NCBI GenBank assembly: GCA_032128115.1
Contig: JAQBHB010000098.1
Location: forward strand, 70,642-134,641
Direction: 5' to 3'
DNA from: Deltaproteobacteria bacterium
GTDB taxonomy: Bacteria > Myxococcota_A > UBA9160 > SMWR01
Length of the DNA stretch: 64,000 nucleotides
Part shown: in pieces, positions 47,701 to 56,186 of the stretch
Layout: each line of letters opens with the position of its first letter
How positions within the stretch are numbered: position 1 is the first letter of the stretch
Notes under the pieces: model-generated
What the model was told of the DNA's origin: nothing
Databases searched by the model: none
The model's input: only the letters and a program-made list of their open reading frames with translations
Translations under genes and position numbers: made by a program

Positions 47701-48995
47701 ACGAAATCGCGGTGGCTACCGGCCTGGGGCCCACGCTGGCCGCGCGGGCGGTGGCGCTGCTCGAGTCCGAGGGCTTCCTGCTTCGCGGTCGCTTCGATAG
47801 CGAGCGCTGCGCCGAAGGCGACGAAGAGTTCTGTGCACGCCGCCTGTTGGCGCGCATCCACCTCTACACCCAGGAGCGCCTGCGCCGCGAGATCGAACCC
47901 GTGACAGCCCAGGACTTCATGCGTTTCCTGTTGCGCTGGCATCACGTGGCCCCGGGAACCCGGCGCGAGGGTCGGCGCGGTGCGCTGGCGGTGGTGGAGC
48001 AGCTGCAGGGCTTCGAGCTGGCGGCGGGCTCTTGGGAAGAGTCCGTGCTTCCGGCGCGGGTAGAGGCGTACCGTCCGGGCTGGCTCGACGATCTGTGCCT
48101 GTCGGGCGAGGTCGTCTGGGGCCGGGTGGGTGCACGCAGCTCGGCTTCCGGAGACGAACCCGGTCGCGGCGGTGCGGTGCCGTCGCGGGCCACGCCCATC
48201 ACGCTGGCGGTGCGGGAAGATCTGCCCTGGCTGCTGGCAGCCGCGCGCGGCGAGCAGCAGCCCGCGCTTCCCGGCGAGGGCGCCGCAAAGGATCTGCTGA
48301 CCTGTCTCCAGCAACGGGGCGCTCTCTTCCACGGCGAGTTGGTGGCAGCGACCCAGCGACTCCCCATCGAGGTGGAGGAGGGGTTGTGGGATCTGGTTTC
48401 GCGCGGACTCGTGGCGGCCGACGGCTTCCAGTCGTTGCGCTCCCTGCTGGCCTCACGCGGGGGGCGATCGCGCGAGCGCGCGCGACAATCGGGCGGCCGG
48501 AGGCTCCGGCGCGGCGTCCGAGGGCGCACCGGGGCCGAGGGGCGCTGGGCCCTGCTGCCTCCGGCGCAGTCGGACGCGGCCCGGGACGAGCTGGCCCAGG
48601 CGCTGGCCGAGCAGCTGCTGGCGCGCTGGGGTGTCGTGTTCCGCGACGTGGTGGCTCGCGAGAACCATTCCGTGCTCTGGCGCGACATCCTGTACGCGCT
48701 GCGGCGCATGGAGGCACGCGGCACCGTTCGCGGGGGGCGCTTCGTCACGGGATTCGTGGGCGAGCAGTACGCCCTGCCCGGGGCGGTCGAATCCCTGCGC
48801 CGCACGCGTCGCATGGAGCGCACGGGCGAGGAGGTGTGCCTCTCGGGGGCCGACCCGCTCAATCTGGTGGGAATCCTGACTCCCGGCCCGCGAGTGCCGG
48901 CGGTGCGTACCCAGCAGGTGGTCTACCGTGACGGCGAGGCGATCACATCTCCGATCGCCGCAACAGCCGGCCTCACGGCGAGGCGCGTTCGCTAA
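44709..48995 (+). CDS. lhr: Lhr family SF2 DNA helicase, long form with C-terminal winged-helix/AlkZ-like region
   Basis: APTGSGKT, SPLKAL, TTPESL, DEIH, SAT, HHGSLS, SLELGIDIG, QRVGRSGH; C-terminal RGGRFV. Confidence 0.93.
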   Translation: MDALTGFHPAVRTWFERRFADGPTDPQALGWPTIAQGRDTLIAAPTGSGKTLAAFLVFIDRLYREFEANGFLEEATDVVYVSPLKALGVDIRTNLEKPLAEIRDIALELGRPSPAIRVFVRSGDTPPSQRAAMLRHPPHFLITTPESLYLLVTAERSRERLRRVRTLIVDEIHAVARDKRGSHLAITLERLSALCDRRPARIGLSATQKPIETISRLLVGAGPGTSDAEGRPVCEIVDVGHQRALDLGIELPGSELEAVAPAEQWGEILDSITGHVANHRTTIVFSNTRRLAERVAHLLEERLGEDKVTAHHGSLSKERRLLTENRLRAGDLKVLVATASLELGIDIGPVDLVCQLGSPRSIATFLQRVGRSGHTRTATPKGRLYATTRDELVECAALLRAVRCGDLDRVVPPVAPLDILSQQIVACCAAEDWVEDDLFALMRGAAPFAGLSREDFEAVVEMLSEGIQTGRGRRAAYLHRDRVNGVLRGRRGARIAALTSGGAIPETADYRVVADPDDTFVGSVNEDWAIESMAGDIFLLGTTSWRIRRVESGVVRVVNAEGLPPTIPFWLGEAPARTPELSSQVSDLRGEIDQRLEAGDRRGAVVWLEEEAGIDEAAADQVVRYLAASRAALGVLPTQKDVVLERFFDETGGMQLVVHAPFGARINRALGLTVRKRICKSFDFELQAAANDDSVVLSLGPQHSFPLPTLVKMLSSNHVDDVLRQAVLVSPMFTARWRWNLGRALAVLRFRGGKKNPFPIQRMEADDVMAAIFPGVAQCQENQAGPIEIPDHPLVRQTLDDCLGEAMDVEGLKQLFRAIESNDVRVHARETTEPSPLSHEILNGRPFTFLDDAPLEERRTRAVSLRRGLPEDARDLGRLDAEAIARVRDEAHCEPRDAEELHDALMGFVVRRPEPAWEPWFQALVREGRAAGVETPAGVRWFATERRRAVEVIFPGARITPDVRLPDSLARQPAPEEGAAAAEAVRGYLDASGPCGLDEIAVATGLGPTLAARAVALLESEGFLLRGRFDSERCAEGDEEFCARRLLARIHLYTQERLRREIEPVTAQDFMRFLLRWHHVAPGTRREGRRGALAVVEQLQGFELAAGSWEESVLPARVEAYRPGWLDDLCLSGEVVWGRVGARSSASGDEPGRGGAVPSRATPITLAVREDLPWLLAAARGEQQPALPGEGAAKDLLTCLQQRGALFHGELVAATQRLPIEVEEGLWDLVSRGLVAADGFQSLRSLLASRGGRSRERARQSGGRRLRRGVRGRTGAEGRWALLPPAQSDAARDELAQALAEQLLARWGVVFRDVVARENHSVLWRDILYALRRMEARGTVRGGRFVTGFVGEQYALPGAVESLRRTRRMERTGEEVCLSGADPLNLVGILTPGPRVPAVRTQQVVYRDGEAITSPIAATAGLTARRVR

Positions 48996-49029
48996 CCCCG
49001 ATCCAATCAAGAAAACAAGAAAGTCAGCC

Positions 49030-49935
49030 ATGCCGCAGAAGGTTGCGTTCCTGTGCCTGGGAACCATGGGCTACCCGATGGCCGGCCACCTGGCCGGCGC
49101 AGGCCACGAGGTGTGCGTCTACAACCGAACGGCTTCCGTGGCCGAGCGTTGGGTTGCGCAGCACGGGGGGCGCGCCGCTGCCACGCCGGCCCAGGCGGTT
49201 GCCGATGCCGCCGTGGTGTTCGCGTGCACGGGCAACGATGACGACCTGCGCCAGATCACACTGGGGAAGGCCGGTGCCCTCGTGGGCATGCGATCGGATG
49301 CGATCTTCGTCGACCACACTACGGTCTCGCCCACCGTTACCCGCGAGATCGCCGCCCGGGCGGCCGATCAGGGAATGGGCTACCTGGACGCCCCCGTCTC
49401 GGGCGGACAGGTCGGCGCCGAGGCGGGCGAACTCACCATCATGGTGGGGGGCATCGAGGGCGACTACCGGAGAGTGCGGCTCCTGCTGGAGTGCTACGCG
49501 CGCAAGACCCTCCTGATGGGTTCGGTCGGGGCGGGGCAGCTCACGAAGCTGGTGAACCAGATCTGCATCGCGGGCCTGGTGCAGGCCCTCTCCGAGGCAT
49601 TGCACTTTGCCCGACGTGCTGGCCTGGACCCCCTGCGTGCCGTCGAGGTGATCTCCCAGGGTGCCGCCCAGTCCTGGCAGATGGACAATCGCGCAGAGAC
49701 CATGCTGGAGGGGCGCTTCGATTTCGGGTTCGCGGTCGATTGGATGCGCAAGGATCTGGGCATCGCCCTGCAGGAGGCGCGCACCCACGGTGCCGCGCTT
49801 CCCGTGACGGAACTCATCGACCGTTTCTACGCCGAGATCCAGGAGGCCGGTGGCGGCCGCTTGGATACCTCGAGCCTGATCACCCGACTCACCCGACTGG
49901 GCCCGGACGCCTCGGATCCGAGACCGCCGGGCTAG
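49030..49935 (+). CDS. NAD(P)-dependent beta-hydroxyacid dehydrogenase (3-hydroxyisobutyrate DH family)
   Basis: FLCLGTMGYPMA, DAPVSGG, GQLTKLVNQ, FAVDWMRKDL. Confidence 0.92.
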   Translation: MPQKVAFLCLGTMGYPMAGHLAGAGHEVCVYNRTASVAERWVAQHGGRAAATPAQAVADAAVVFACTGNDDDLRQITLGKAGALVGMRSDAIFVDHTTVSPTVTREIAARAADQGMGYLDAPVSGGQVGAEAGELTIMVGGIEGDYRRVRLLLECYARKTLLMGSVGAGQLTKLVNQICIAGLVQALSEALHFARRAGLDPLRAVEVISQGAAQSWQMDNRAETMLEGRFDFGFAVDWMRKDLGIALQEARTHGAALPVTELIDRFYAEIQEAGGGRLDTSSLITRLTRLGPDASDPRPPG

Positions 49936-49938
49936 AGG

Positions 49939-50370
49939 TTACGCGAAGTCGGCCTCGCCGAACTTCGCCAGGCGCTCGATCCACCATGGGGGCGCCTGTG
50001 ACATCATCGTGTTCAGGTCCCAGTAGTCGCGCCACAGCTGGATCTTGTCGCCTTTCACTACGTGGATGCTGACGAAGTCGTTCGACAGCTTCTCTCCGGT
50101 TTCGAAGTGCCACGTCTCTGTGTGTTCGACCACGACGTTCTCGCCCTCGGCCACCACCCGGTGGATCTCGTGTTCGAAGCGCACCACCGGGTCGAGTCCC
50201 ACCCGGAGCCGCTTGACCACGTTCGCCGGTCCCCGGGCGCCCGCATCGGGGGCGGGAACGTCCTCGTAGAAGCCGTCCTCTGCGATGTGGCGGGCCACCC
50301 CGTCGAAATCCTTGCGATACAGGCACTCCCACATGCTCGCCACGATCTCCTTGTTGCGTTGCTCGCTCAC
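49939..50370 (-). CDS. NTF2/SnoaL-like protein (limonene-1,2-epoxide hydrolase-like)
   Basis: YEDVP, VVVEHTETW, KIQLWRDYWD. Confidence 0.85.
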   Translation of the reverse strand: MSEQRNKEIVASMWECLYRKDFDGVARHIAEDGFYEDVPAPDAGARGPANVVKRLRVGLDPVVRFEHEIHRVVAEGENVVVEHTETWHFETGEKLSNDFVSIHVVKGDKIQLWRDYWDLNTMMSQAPPWWIERLAKFGEADFA

Positions 50371-50503
50371 GTCTCGGGCCTCCGGTTCGGGTTGGAATCT
50401 CCGCGTCGCTGTGACGGTAGCGAGCTTCGACCCCACCGCGATCCCCACAGGCCGGCCCGAGGCATCAACCGGCGTGGTAGCGTGTAATCGCGAGGAGGTG
50501 ATC

Positions 50504-51157
50504 GTGGACCCGGCAATCGAGAACCAGCGCAGGTACTGGGACGACGCGGCGGATTTCGCGACGTTCTCGCTTCCCCTGGACGCGGACCTGCTGTCGAAGC
50601 ACGTGGACCGATCGGCGCGCATCCTCGACCTGGGCTGCGGATACGGGCGCAGCCTCGCCGAGCTCGAGATCCGTGGGTTCGATCGACTGGTGGGGGCCGA
50701 CCCCTCTCCCCGGATGCTGGAGCGGGCGAGAGGCCACGCGCCCGGCGCGAGTTTCTCGTTGTTGGCTGGGCTGCCATTGTCGGAGCCGGACGCAGCCTTC
50801 GATGCGGTGCTTCTCCTTGCCGTGCTCACCTGCACCCCGGCCGACGACGCCCAGCGAGCTCTGGTGGCCGAGGTCTTGCGCCTGCTGCGTCCAGGCGGCA
50901 TCGGATACGTCGCTGACTTCCTGATCACGGACCACGAGCACGACCGCGCTCGATACGCGCGGGGAGTGGAGGAGCACGAGATCCACGGCGTCTTCTCGAT
51001 AGAGGACGAAGCCGTGCACCGGCATCACGATCCCGGCTGGGTGGCCGCGCTCCTGGGTTCGTTCGAACGCCTGCATTACCGGGAGTTCGACGCGATGACC
51101 CGGCGCGGCAACCCGGCGCGCGCCTTCCGATTCGTCGGGCGCAAGCCGGTAGCATGA
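50504..51157 (+). CDS. Class I SAM-dependent methyltransferase
   Basis: GAGGAGG RBS; ILDLGCGYGR, FDAVLLLAVL, LRPGG. Confidence 0.9.
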   Translation: MDPAIENQRRYWDDAADFATFSLPLDADLLSKHVDRSARILDLGCGYGRSLAELEIRGFDRLVGADPSPRMLERARGHAPGASFSLLAGLPLSEPDAAFDAVLLLAVLTCTPADDAQRALVAEVLRLLRPGGIGYVADFLITDHEHDRARYARGVEEHEIHGVFSIEDEAVHRHHDPGWVAALLGSFERLHYREFDAMTRRGNPARAFRFVGRKPVA

Positions 51158-51705
51158 GGCCGCGCTTCCGCGGTAGCCTGGACCCCCCCGATTCTCTCGT
51201 GCCGAGGCGCCCTGGTCGCGTGACCGCAAGACAAAGTCTGGCAGAAACGGTGGGTCCGATCGTGCAAGCGGTGCAGCGCGAGCAGCGCCCGCTATTGATC
51301 GCCCTCGCCGAGCGCATGGCCGCGCAACGCTACCGGGGGTGGGCCGGTCAGGCCGACCAGGTCGCTCACCGATCGGATCTCCTGGCGTGCGCCGACCGCG
51401 AGGAGGAGATCGCACGGCGCGTCGAATCACTCGATCCCCGGGCGGAGTCGATCCAGAAGGATCTCCTCGCCGAGCATCCGGATCTCGATGCGGTGTACGA
51501 ATCGCTCTTTGCGGGGCTGTCGACGCATGCCCAGTTCGCAATCCAGGCCGGAGGCGAGCGGCTCGGCGCTGCTACCTGGAGATCGCTGGCCGGGGAGGAG
51601 TCGAGGCAAGAGGCTCGCCAGACCTTCCTGGCCTGCGCGGTTCTGGAAGAAGAGAGCGCGGCAGTCCTGGAATCGATCGTGGCCACGCCTGCGGGCCGGT
51701 CGTGA
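51154..51705 (+). CDS. Hypothetical protein, possible ferritin-like four-helix bundle
   Basis: Twofold pattern AERMAAQRY...ACADREEE / GERLGAATW...ACAVLEEE. Confidence 0.55.
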   Translation: MRPRFRGSLDPPDSLVPRRPGRVTARQSLAETVGPIVQAVQREQRPLLIALAERMAAQRYRGWAGQADQVAHRSDLLACADREEEIARRVESLDPRAESIQKDLLAEHPDLDAVYESLFAGLSTHAQFAIQAGGERLGAATWRSLAGEESRQEARQTFLACAVLEEESAAVLESIVATPAGRS

Positions 51706-51735
51706 TCGCGGCCAAGCCTGCGGGCCGGTCGTGAT
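51675..51735. repeat. 29-bp tandem repeat spanning the stop codon of 51154..51705
   Basis: GATCGTGGCCACGCCTGCGGGCCGGTCGT / GATCGCGGCCAAGCCTGCGGGCCGGTCGT + GAT. Confidence 0.9.
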
Positions 51736-51756
51736 AGGCTAGCCGTCCCCAGGAGG

Positions 51757-52221
51757 ATGTTCGTGAGTTCCGGGCCCGCCATCGCCAGTTCCTCGCCCCG
51801 GTTGGTGGATGAATCCCACCGCCTCTACTCGCCCTGGCAGGTCGCCGTGGGTGCGCTCCTCGCGTTCCCGATCGGTGGTTGCCTGTTCCTGGCCTGGAAC
51901 TACGGCGAGATGGGCCGGCCCGACGCAAAGAGGCAGGCCCTCATCGGGGGCGTGTTGTCCACTGCACTCGTCTTCGGCCTCTTCTTTTTCCTGCCCAAGA
52001 ACTTTCCAGGTCTCGTGGTTCCCATGGTCTGGACGTTGACGATCCAGTTCATCGCCAATCGCTCCCAGGGGTTGGCGTACGCCAAGCACGTCGAAGGCGG
52101 CGGGGCGCCGCATTCGTGGGGGCGCGTTCTCGGCATCAGTCTCGCCACCCTGGTGGCGGTTCTGCTCGCAATGCTGACCGTGGCGATGCTGCTGCCGAAG
52201 GCTGTCCTGCCCCAGGCCTGA
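51757..52221 (+). CDS. Membrane hypothetical protein (about 4 TM)
   Basis: AGGAGG near the start; LYSPWQV...NY...G; hydrophobic segments. Confidence 0.7.
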   Translation: MFVSSGPAIASSSPRLVDESHRLYSPWQVAVGALLAFPIGGCLFLAWNYGEMGRPDAKRQALIGGVLSTALVFGLFFFLPKNFPGLVVPMVWTLTIQFIANRSQGLAYAKHVEGGGAPHSWGRVLGISLATLVAVLLAMLTVAMLLPKAVLPQA

Positions 52222-52243
52222 GGACCGGGGAGGGGATGGGCCG

Positions 52244-52852
52244 ATGTTGCTGCCTCCCAAATACTGCCCGAGCTGTGCCGCCGAACACGTGCACACGGCT
52301 CTGCGGTGTCTCGACTGCGACGTCCCCCTGGAACTCCACCCTCCCGGTCATCCCGGTTCGGCCGCTGCGCCGGAAAGGAGCCTGCCACCGGCCGAGCAGC
52401 TTCCGTGCCTGGTGCGTGGGGATCCCTTCAGGATCGAGCGACTGGCGCTCTACCTCCAGGAGGCCGGCCTTTCGAGCCGTGTCGATTCCTACCCGCCCGG
52501 GCGCCAGCTGGGTTCGGGGGGGATGTTGTCGTTCGGAGGGGACACGCAGGTGGGCATCTATGTGCATCCAGACGAGCGTGAGCAGGGCATGCGCTTGATC
52601 GAGGAATACGATGCGGGACGCATGCCGGAACCGGAGGCGTCGGAAGTCGAGGGTTGCCCGGCATGCGGTGGCGCGCTGTCGACGGACGCATCCAGCTGCA
52701 GCTCCTGCGGCCTCGAGTTTCCGGTCGAACGCTTCGAGTGCACGGTCTGCCGCGCTGCAGTTCCGGACGAGGCGACCACGTGCCCAGGGTGCGGCGCGAC
52801 GATCGACGGCGAATCGCTTCATGCGGAGGGGCGCGAGAATCATGGCGAGTGA
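52244..52852 (+). CDS. Zinc-ribbon protein with central DUF2007-like domain
   Basis: CPSC/CLDC N-terminal; LQEAGLSSRV...IYVHPDEREQG; CPAC/CSSC/CTVC/CPGC C-terminal. Confidence 0.7.
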   Translation: MLLPPKYCPSCAAEHVHTALRCLDCDVPLELHPPGHPGSAAAPERSLPPAEQLPCLVRGDPFRIERLALYLQEAGLSSRVDSYPPGRQLGSGGMLSFGGDTQVGIYVHPDEREQGMRLIEEYDAGRMPEPEASEVEGCPACGGALSTDASSCSSCGLEFPVERFECTVCRAAVPDEATTCPGCGATIDGESLHAEGRENHGE

Positions 52853-52991
52853 CGACTGGACCGCCTTCGACCTGGAGGGCGAAATCGAGGCCCGGGAGGC
52901 GAGCGGCATGCCCTACCGGGAGTTTCTTCGCGTGCCCGCGCTCAGCTGCGGCATCTATTCGCTTCCCGGGGGCCCGCTCACGGACTCGTGA
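52842..52991 (+). pseudogene. Truncated cupin-domain gene (N-terminal 49 aa)
   Basis: AFDL...PYREFLRVPALSCGIYSLP matches the start of small cupins but stops before the metal-binding H...E motif. Confidence 0.55.
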
Positions 52992-52997
52992 CCCGCC

Positions 52998-53963
52998 TCA
53001 GAGGCTGGCGAAGAAGTCGACCATCTCCCGACCGGTGAGTTCGGGCTCCTCGATCAGGATCCAGTGGCTCGCCGCGGGCACTTCGACGAAGGCCTCGGGC
53101 CCCACCATCTCGGCCGTGAGGGTCGCCGCCGCCGGCGGGAAGAAGGCGTCGTTGCGGCCCCACACCACCCGCACGGGTACTGTCGTCTCGGCGCGCTCTT
53201 CGGGAACGTCGTCCGACCCGGCGCGATAGACGTGGATCATGGTCGAGATGGCATTGTCCCGGCTCCACGCCGCCTTGTACACGTCGAGCACCGGGTCTTC
53301 GAAAGTCCCGGGTCGACTGGTGTCGCGCAGGTTTCGCGACAGCAACCACCAATCGCCGCTGCGCGCCACCAGCTCGGGAATCCAGGGCAGCCGAAAGAAG
53401 GTCCGGAACCAGCTGATGGTCTCGGCGTCGTCCTCGGGCCGGCCGCGCACCCAGGCCAGGGGATGGGCAGCGTTGAAGATCATCGCGCCTCGCACGCGCT
53501 CCGGGTGCAGCAGCACGAGCCGCCAGGCGACGGCGCCGCCCACGTCGTGGCCGGCGATGAAGGCGTTCTCGGCGCCGAGGGCGTCGAGCAGCCCCAGGAC
53601 GTCGTCGACGAAGTGATCTTGCGTGTAGAGCGCCGAATCGGCGGGCTTGTCGGACCGGTTGTAGCCGCGCAGGTCCGGCGCCATTGCGCGGAAGCCGGCG
53701 CGCGCGAGCTCCGCCAGTTGCGGGTGCCAGCTGTACCAGAACTCGGGAAACCCGTGGAGCAGGATCACCGGCGGTCCGTCTACTGGCCCCGCCATCGCCA
53801 CGTGCAGGGTCACATCCCCCACATCGATCATGCGCGATTCGATCGCGATACCGGTCGCCGCCTCCGCGAGGGCGATCACGTCCACCGGTTCGCGTTCGCC
53901 CGACTGCCAGGCGAGCCAGGCCCCACCGGCCAGGATCAGGAGGACGAGGAGCGCGCGGCGCAT
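52998..53963 (-). CDS. Alpha/beta hydrolase (epoxide hydrolase-like) with signal peptide
   Basis: LLHGFPEFWYSW, APDLRGYN, GHDVGG (Asp nucleophile), ASHW. Confidence 0.92.
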   Translation of the reverse strand: MRRALLVLLILAGGAWLAWQSGEREPVDVIALAEAATGIAIESRMIDVGDVTLHVAMAGPVDGPPVILLHGFPEFWYSWHPQLAELARAGFRAMAPDLRGYNRSDKPADSALYTQDHFVDDVLGLLDALGAENAFIAGHDVGGAVAWRLVLLHPERVRGAMIFNAAHPLAWVRGRPEDDAETISWFRTFFRLPWIPELVARSGDWWLLSRNLRDTSRPGTFEDPVLDVYKAAWSRDNAISTMIHVYRAGSDDVPEERAETTVPVRVVWGRNDAFFPPAAATLTAEMVGPEAFVEVPAASHWILIEEPELTGREMVDFFASL

Positions 53964-54056
53964 GGGGCGTATGATAGCGTTGCGACGCCCGAGAACTCGC
54001 AGCAGGTGTCCAGACGGCGTCAAGCTCGAGGTGGCTCATGTACCGGGGACGAACCC

Positions 54057-54557
54057 GTGAGCGGTGACCGCCCCCGAGAATTTCGTGTGGTGGAGGCAGA
54101 CCTGGACGATCCGGGTCACGCGGAGGCGGTGCTCGAGATCCTGGATTCCTATGTCCGGGAACCCATCGTGGCCGGGCAACCCCTTCGCGCCGACGTTCGC
54201 AAGCGCCTGATCCCCGAGCTGCGCGCCCATGCACCCGCGCGCATTCTGTTGGCCTTCGACGGGGATCGTCCCGTGGGCATCGCCGTGTGCTTTCTGGGTT
54301 TCTCGACATTCGCGGCCCGACCGCTCCTCAACATCCATGACCTGGCGGTTCTGCCCGACGATCGGGGCCGGGGCGTCGGGCGCGCCCTGCTTGCGGGGGC
54401 AGAGGAGAGGGCGCGCGCGCTGGGCTGTTGCAAGCTCACGCTCGAGGTTCGCCGGGACAACGAGCGCGCCCGGGGCCTGTATCGGGACTTCGGATTCCAG
54501 GACTTCGCACCGGGCGCGGATGCAAAGCCCACTTTTTTTCTCGAGAAGGGCCTGTAG
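54057..54557 (+). CDS. GNAT acetyltransferase
   Basis: FSTFAARPLLNIHDLAV, RGRGVGRALL, KLTLEV, N..ARGLYRDFGF. Confidence 0.9.
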   Translation: MSGDRPREFRVVEADLDDPGHAEAVLEILDSYVREPIVAGQPLRADVRKRLIPELRAHAPARILLAFDGDRPVGIAVCFLGFSTFAARPLLNIHDLAVLPDDRGRGVGRALLAGAEERARALGCCKLTLEVRRDNERARGLYRDFGFQDFAPGADAKPTFFLEKGL

Positions 54558-54567
54558 GAATCGCGAC

Positions 54568-55065
54568 ATGAAACAAGGCGGCCCCGTGCGGATCCGCGAC
54601 TACGACGACACCATCGATCGCGAGGCGTTGCGGGCCTGTGCCATCGAGCTGGCGGACTCTCTGCGTCGTTTCGATTCCCGGATGCCCGAAGGCGCTCGCA
54701 TCGCCGAAGCGTACCTGGAGCAGATGTTCGAGGACAGCGGCCGCTCCGACGGCGCGATCTTCGTGGCCGACGCCGATGGCGAGGTGGTGGGCTACGTCTT
54801 CGTGTTGGCCCACCTGATCTCGGAAGACATAGCCGACGGGAGCGATGATCACGCCCTGATCGCCGACCTGGTTCTGCTGGATTCGTATCGCAAACGCGGG
54901 ATCGGGCGCGCGCTGATGGAGCGATCGGAAGCGTACGCGCGCGAGCGGGGCGCCCGGTATCTGCGGGTCTCGGCCCTGACCGAGAACCAGGCGGCTCGCG
55001 GACTCTACGACTCCCAGGGCTTCAAAGAGCGGGAGATCGTGCTCGAGAAGATCCTCGACGACTGA
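54568..55065 (+). CDS. GNAT acetyltransferase
   Basis: IADLVL...YRKRGIGRALM, NQAARGLYDSQGF. Confidence 0.9.
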   Translation: MKQGGPVRIRDYDDTIDREALRACAIELADSLRRFDSRMPEGARIAEAYLEQMFEDSGRSDGAIFVADADGEVVGYVFVLAHLISEDIADGSDDHALIADLVLLDSYRKRGIGRALMERSEAYARERGARYLRVSALTENQAARGLYDSQGFKEREIVLEKILDD

Positions 55066-55138
55066 TGCGGGATTCTGTCGAGATGCACCACGCGAAACGA
55101 GTTCATATCCACTCGATTCGGATCGGGGAAGATCTCCG

Positions 55139-55930
55139 GTGAGTGCACAATTGAGGGGGCTGGTGCCCCGGAGCTGGAGGCCGGCCCTCAAGCGGCTGTA
55201 TTGGCGCGGAAGTCGGCACATCTGCCCGGTCTGCGAATCGCGCGTGCGGCGATACCTGCCCGAGGGTTACGACGTCTCGCTGCTTCGAGAGCTCGACGTG
55301 GTGGGCGGCGAGAGCTGGCCCGAGCGGACCTGCCCGGTCTGCTACGCCAACACCCGTTCGCGCCTGGTCTGGTTCCATCTGGTGTTCGAGAGCGGCATCT
55401 TCGACACTCCCACCCGGCTGCTCCACCTGGCGCCCGAGATGGGCATCTACTGGCGGCTCTCCCGGGCGCCCCCGGTGGAGTATCACCCGGGCGATCTGCG
55501 CCCCGATCGCTACACCTTCGCCGACGATCTCCGCATGCTCGACCTCCACTCCCTTCCCTACGACGACGGGTCGTTCGACGCCGTACTGGCCAACCACGTG
55601 CTCGAGCATGTGGCCGACGACGCGCGCGGCCTGGCCGAGATCCATCGCGTCCTGCGCCCCGGGGGCTGGGCGATGTTGCAGGTGCCGATCGCACGGCGGC
55701 TCGAAATCACCCGGGAAGACGCCCGCGTGGTCGCCCCCGCGGAACGGGAGCGGATGTTCGGCCAGAGCGACCATGTGCGGCTCTACGGGCGCGACTATCC
55801 CGAGCGGCTGCGGCGCGCGGGCTTCAGCGTCCGCACCTTCGACGGTCATCTGCACCGGGGGAAAGACTTCGAGGAGCGCTGGCTTCTCAATCCCCGGGAG
55901 GAGATCATGCTGGCGACGCGCCTTGCTTGA
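55139..55930 (+). CDS. SAM-dependent methyltransferase with N-terminal CxxC pairs
   Basis: CPVC twice, LLHLAPE, NHVLEHV, LRPGG, FGQSDHVRLYG. Confidence 0.88.
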   Translation: MSAQLRGLVPRSWRPALKRLYWRGSRHICPVCESRVRRYLPEGYDVSLLRELDVVGGESWPERTCPVCYANTRSRLVWFHLVFESGIFDTPTRLLHLAPEMGIYWRLSRAPPVEYHPGDLRPDRYTFADDLRMLDLHSLPYDDGSFDAVLANHVLEHVADDARGLAEIHRVLRPGGWAMLQVPIARRLEITREDARVVAPAERERMFGQSDHVRLYGRDYPERLRRAGFSVRTFDGHLHRGKDFEERWLLNPREEIMLATRLA

Positions 55931-56174
55931 CGCGTTGCTCGACTTCCCGTCCATGGCCTTCGGTTTCCAGGCGAGGATGCGCATGCCAGCCCCCGACGGG
56001 CGTCTGATGCGCACCGAGCGGGGTGACCAGGGAAACGTGGTGGTGCTGGCAGCTGCATTCGAGGAAATGGGGCTCGCGAGTCCGCGTGATCTGCCCGCTC
56101 GCCAGGGTCTGGTCGTCTGCCATGTGGACGATGTAGACGCCCACTGTGCCCAGGCGAAGGCGGCCGGCGCCTGA
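55930..56174 (+). pseudogene. Degraded VOC/glyoxalase family gene
   Basis: AFGFQARMRMPAPDGRLM...SPRDLP...VDDVDAHCAQAKAAGA*; lacks both termini. Confidence 0.65.
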
Positions 56175-56186
56175 TCCAGGACTCCG

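Noticed and set aside
43657..48995. Lhr plus BtuF-like protein as a defence or repair system
   Set aside because: Divergent genes, both common stand-alone families; no nuclease or other partner adjacent
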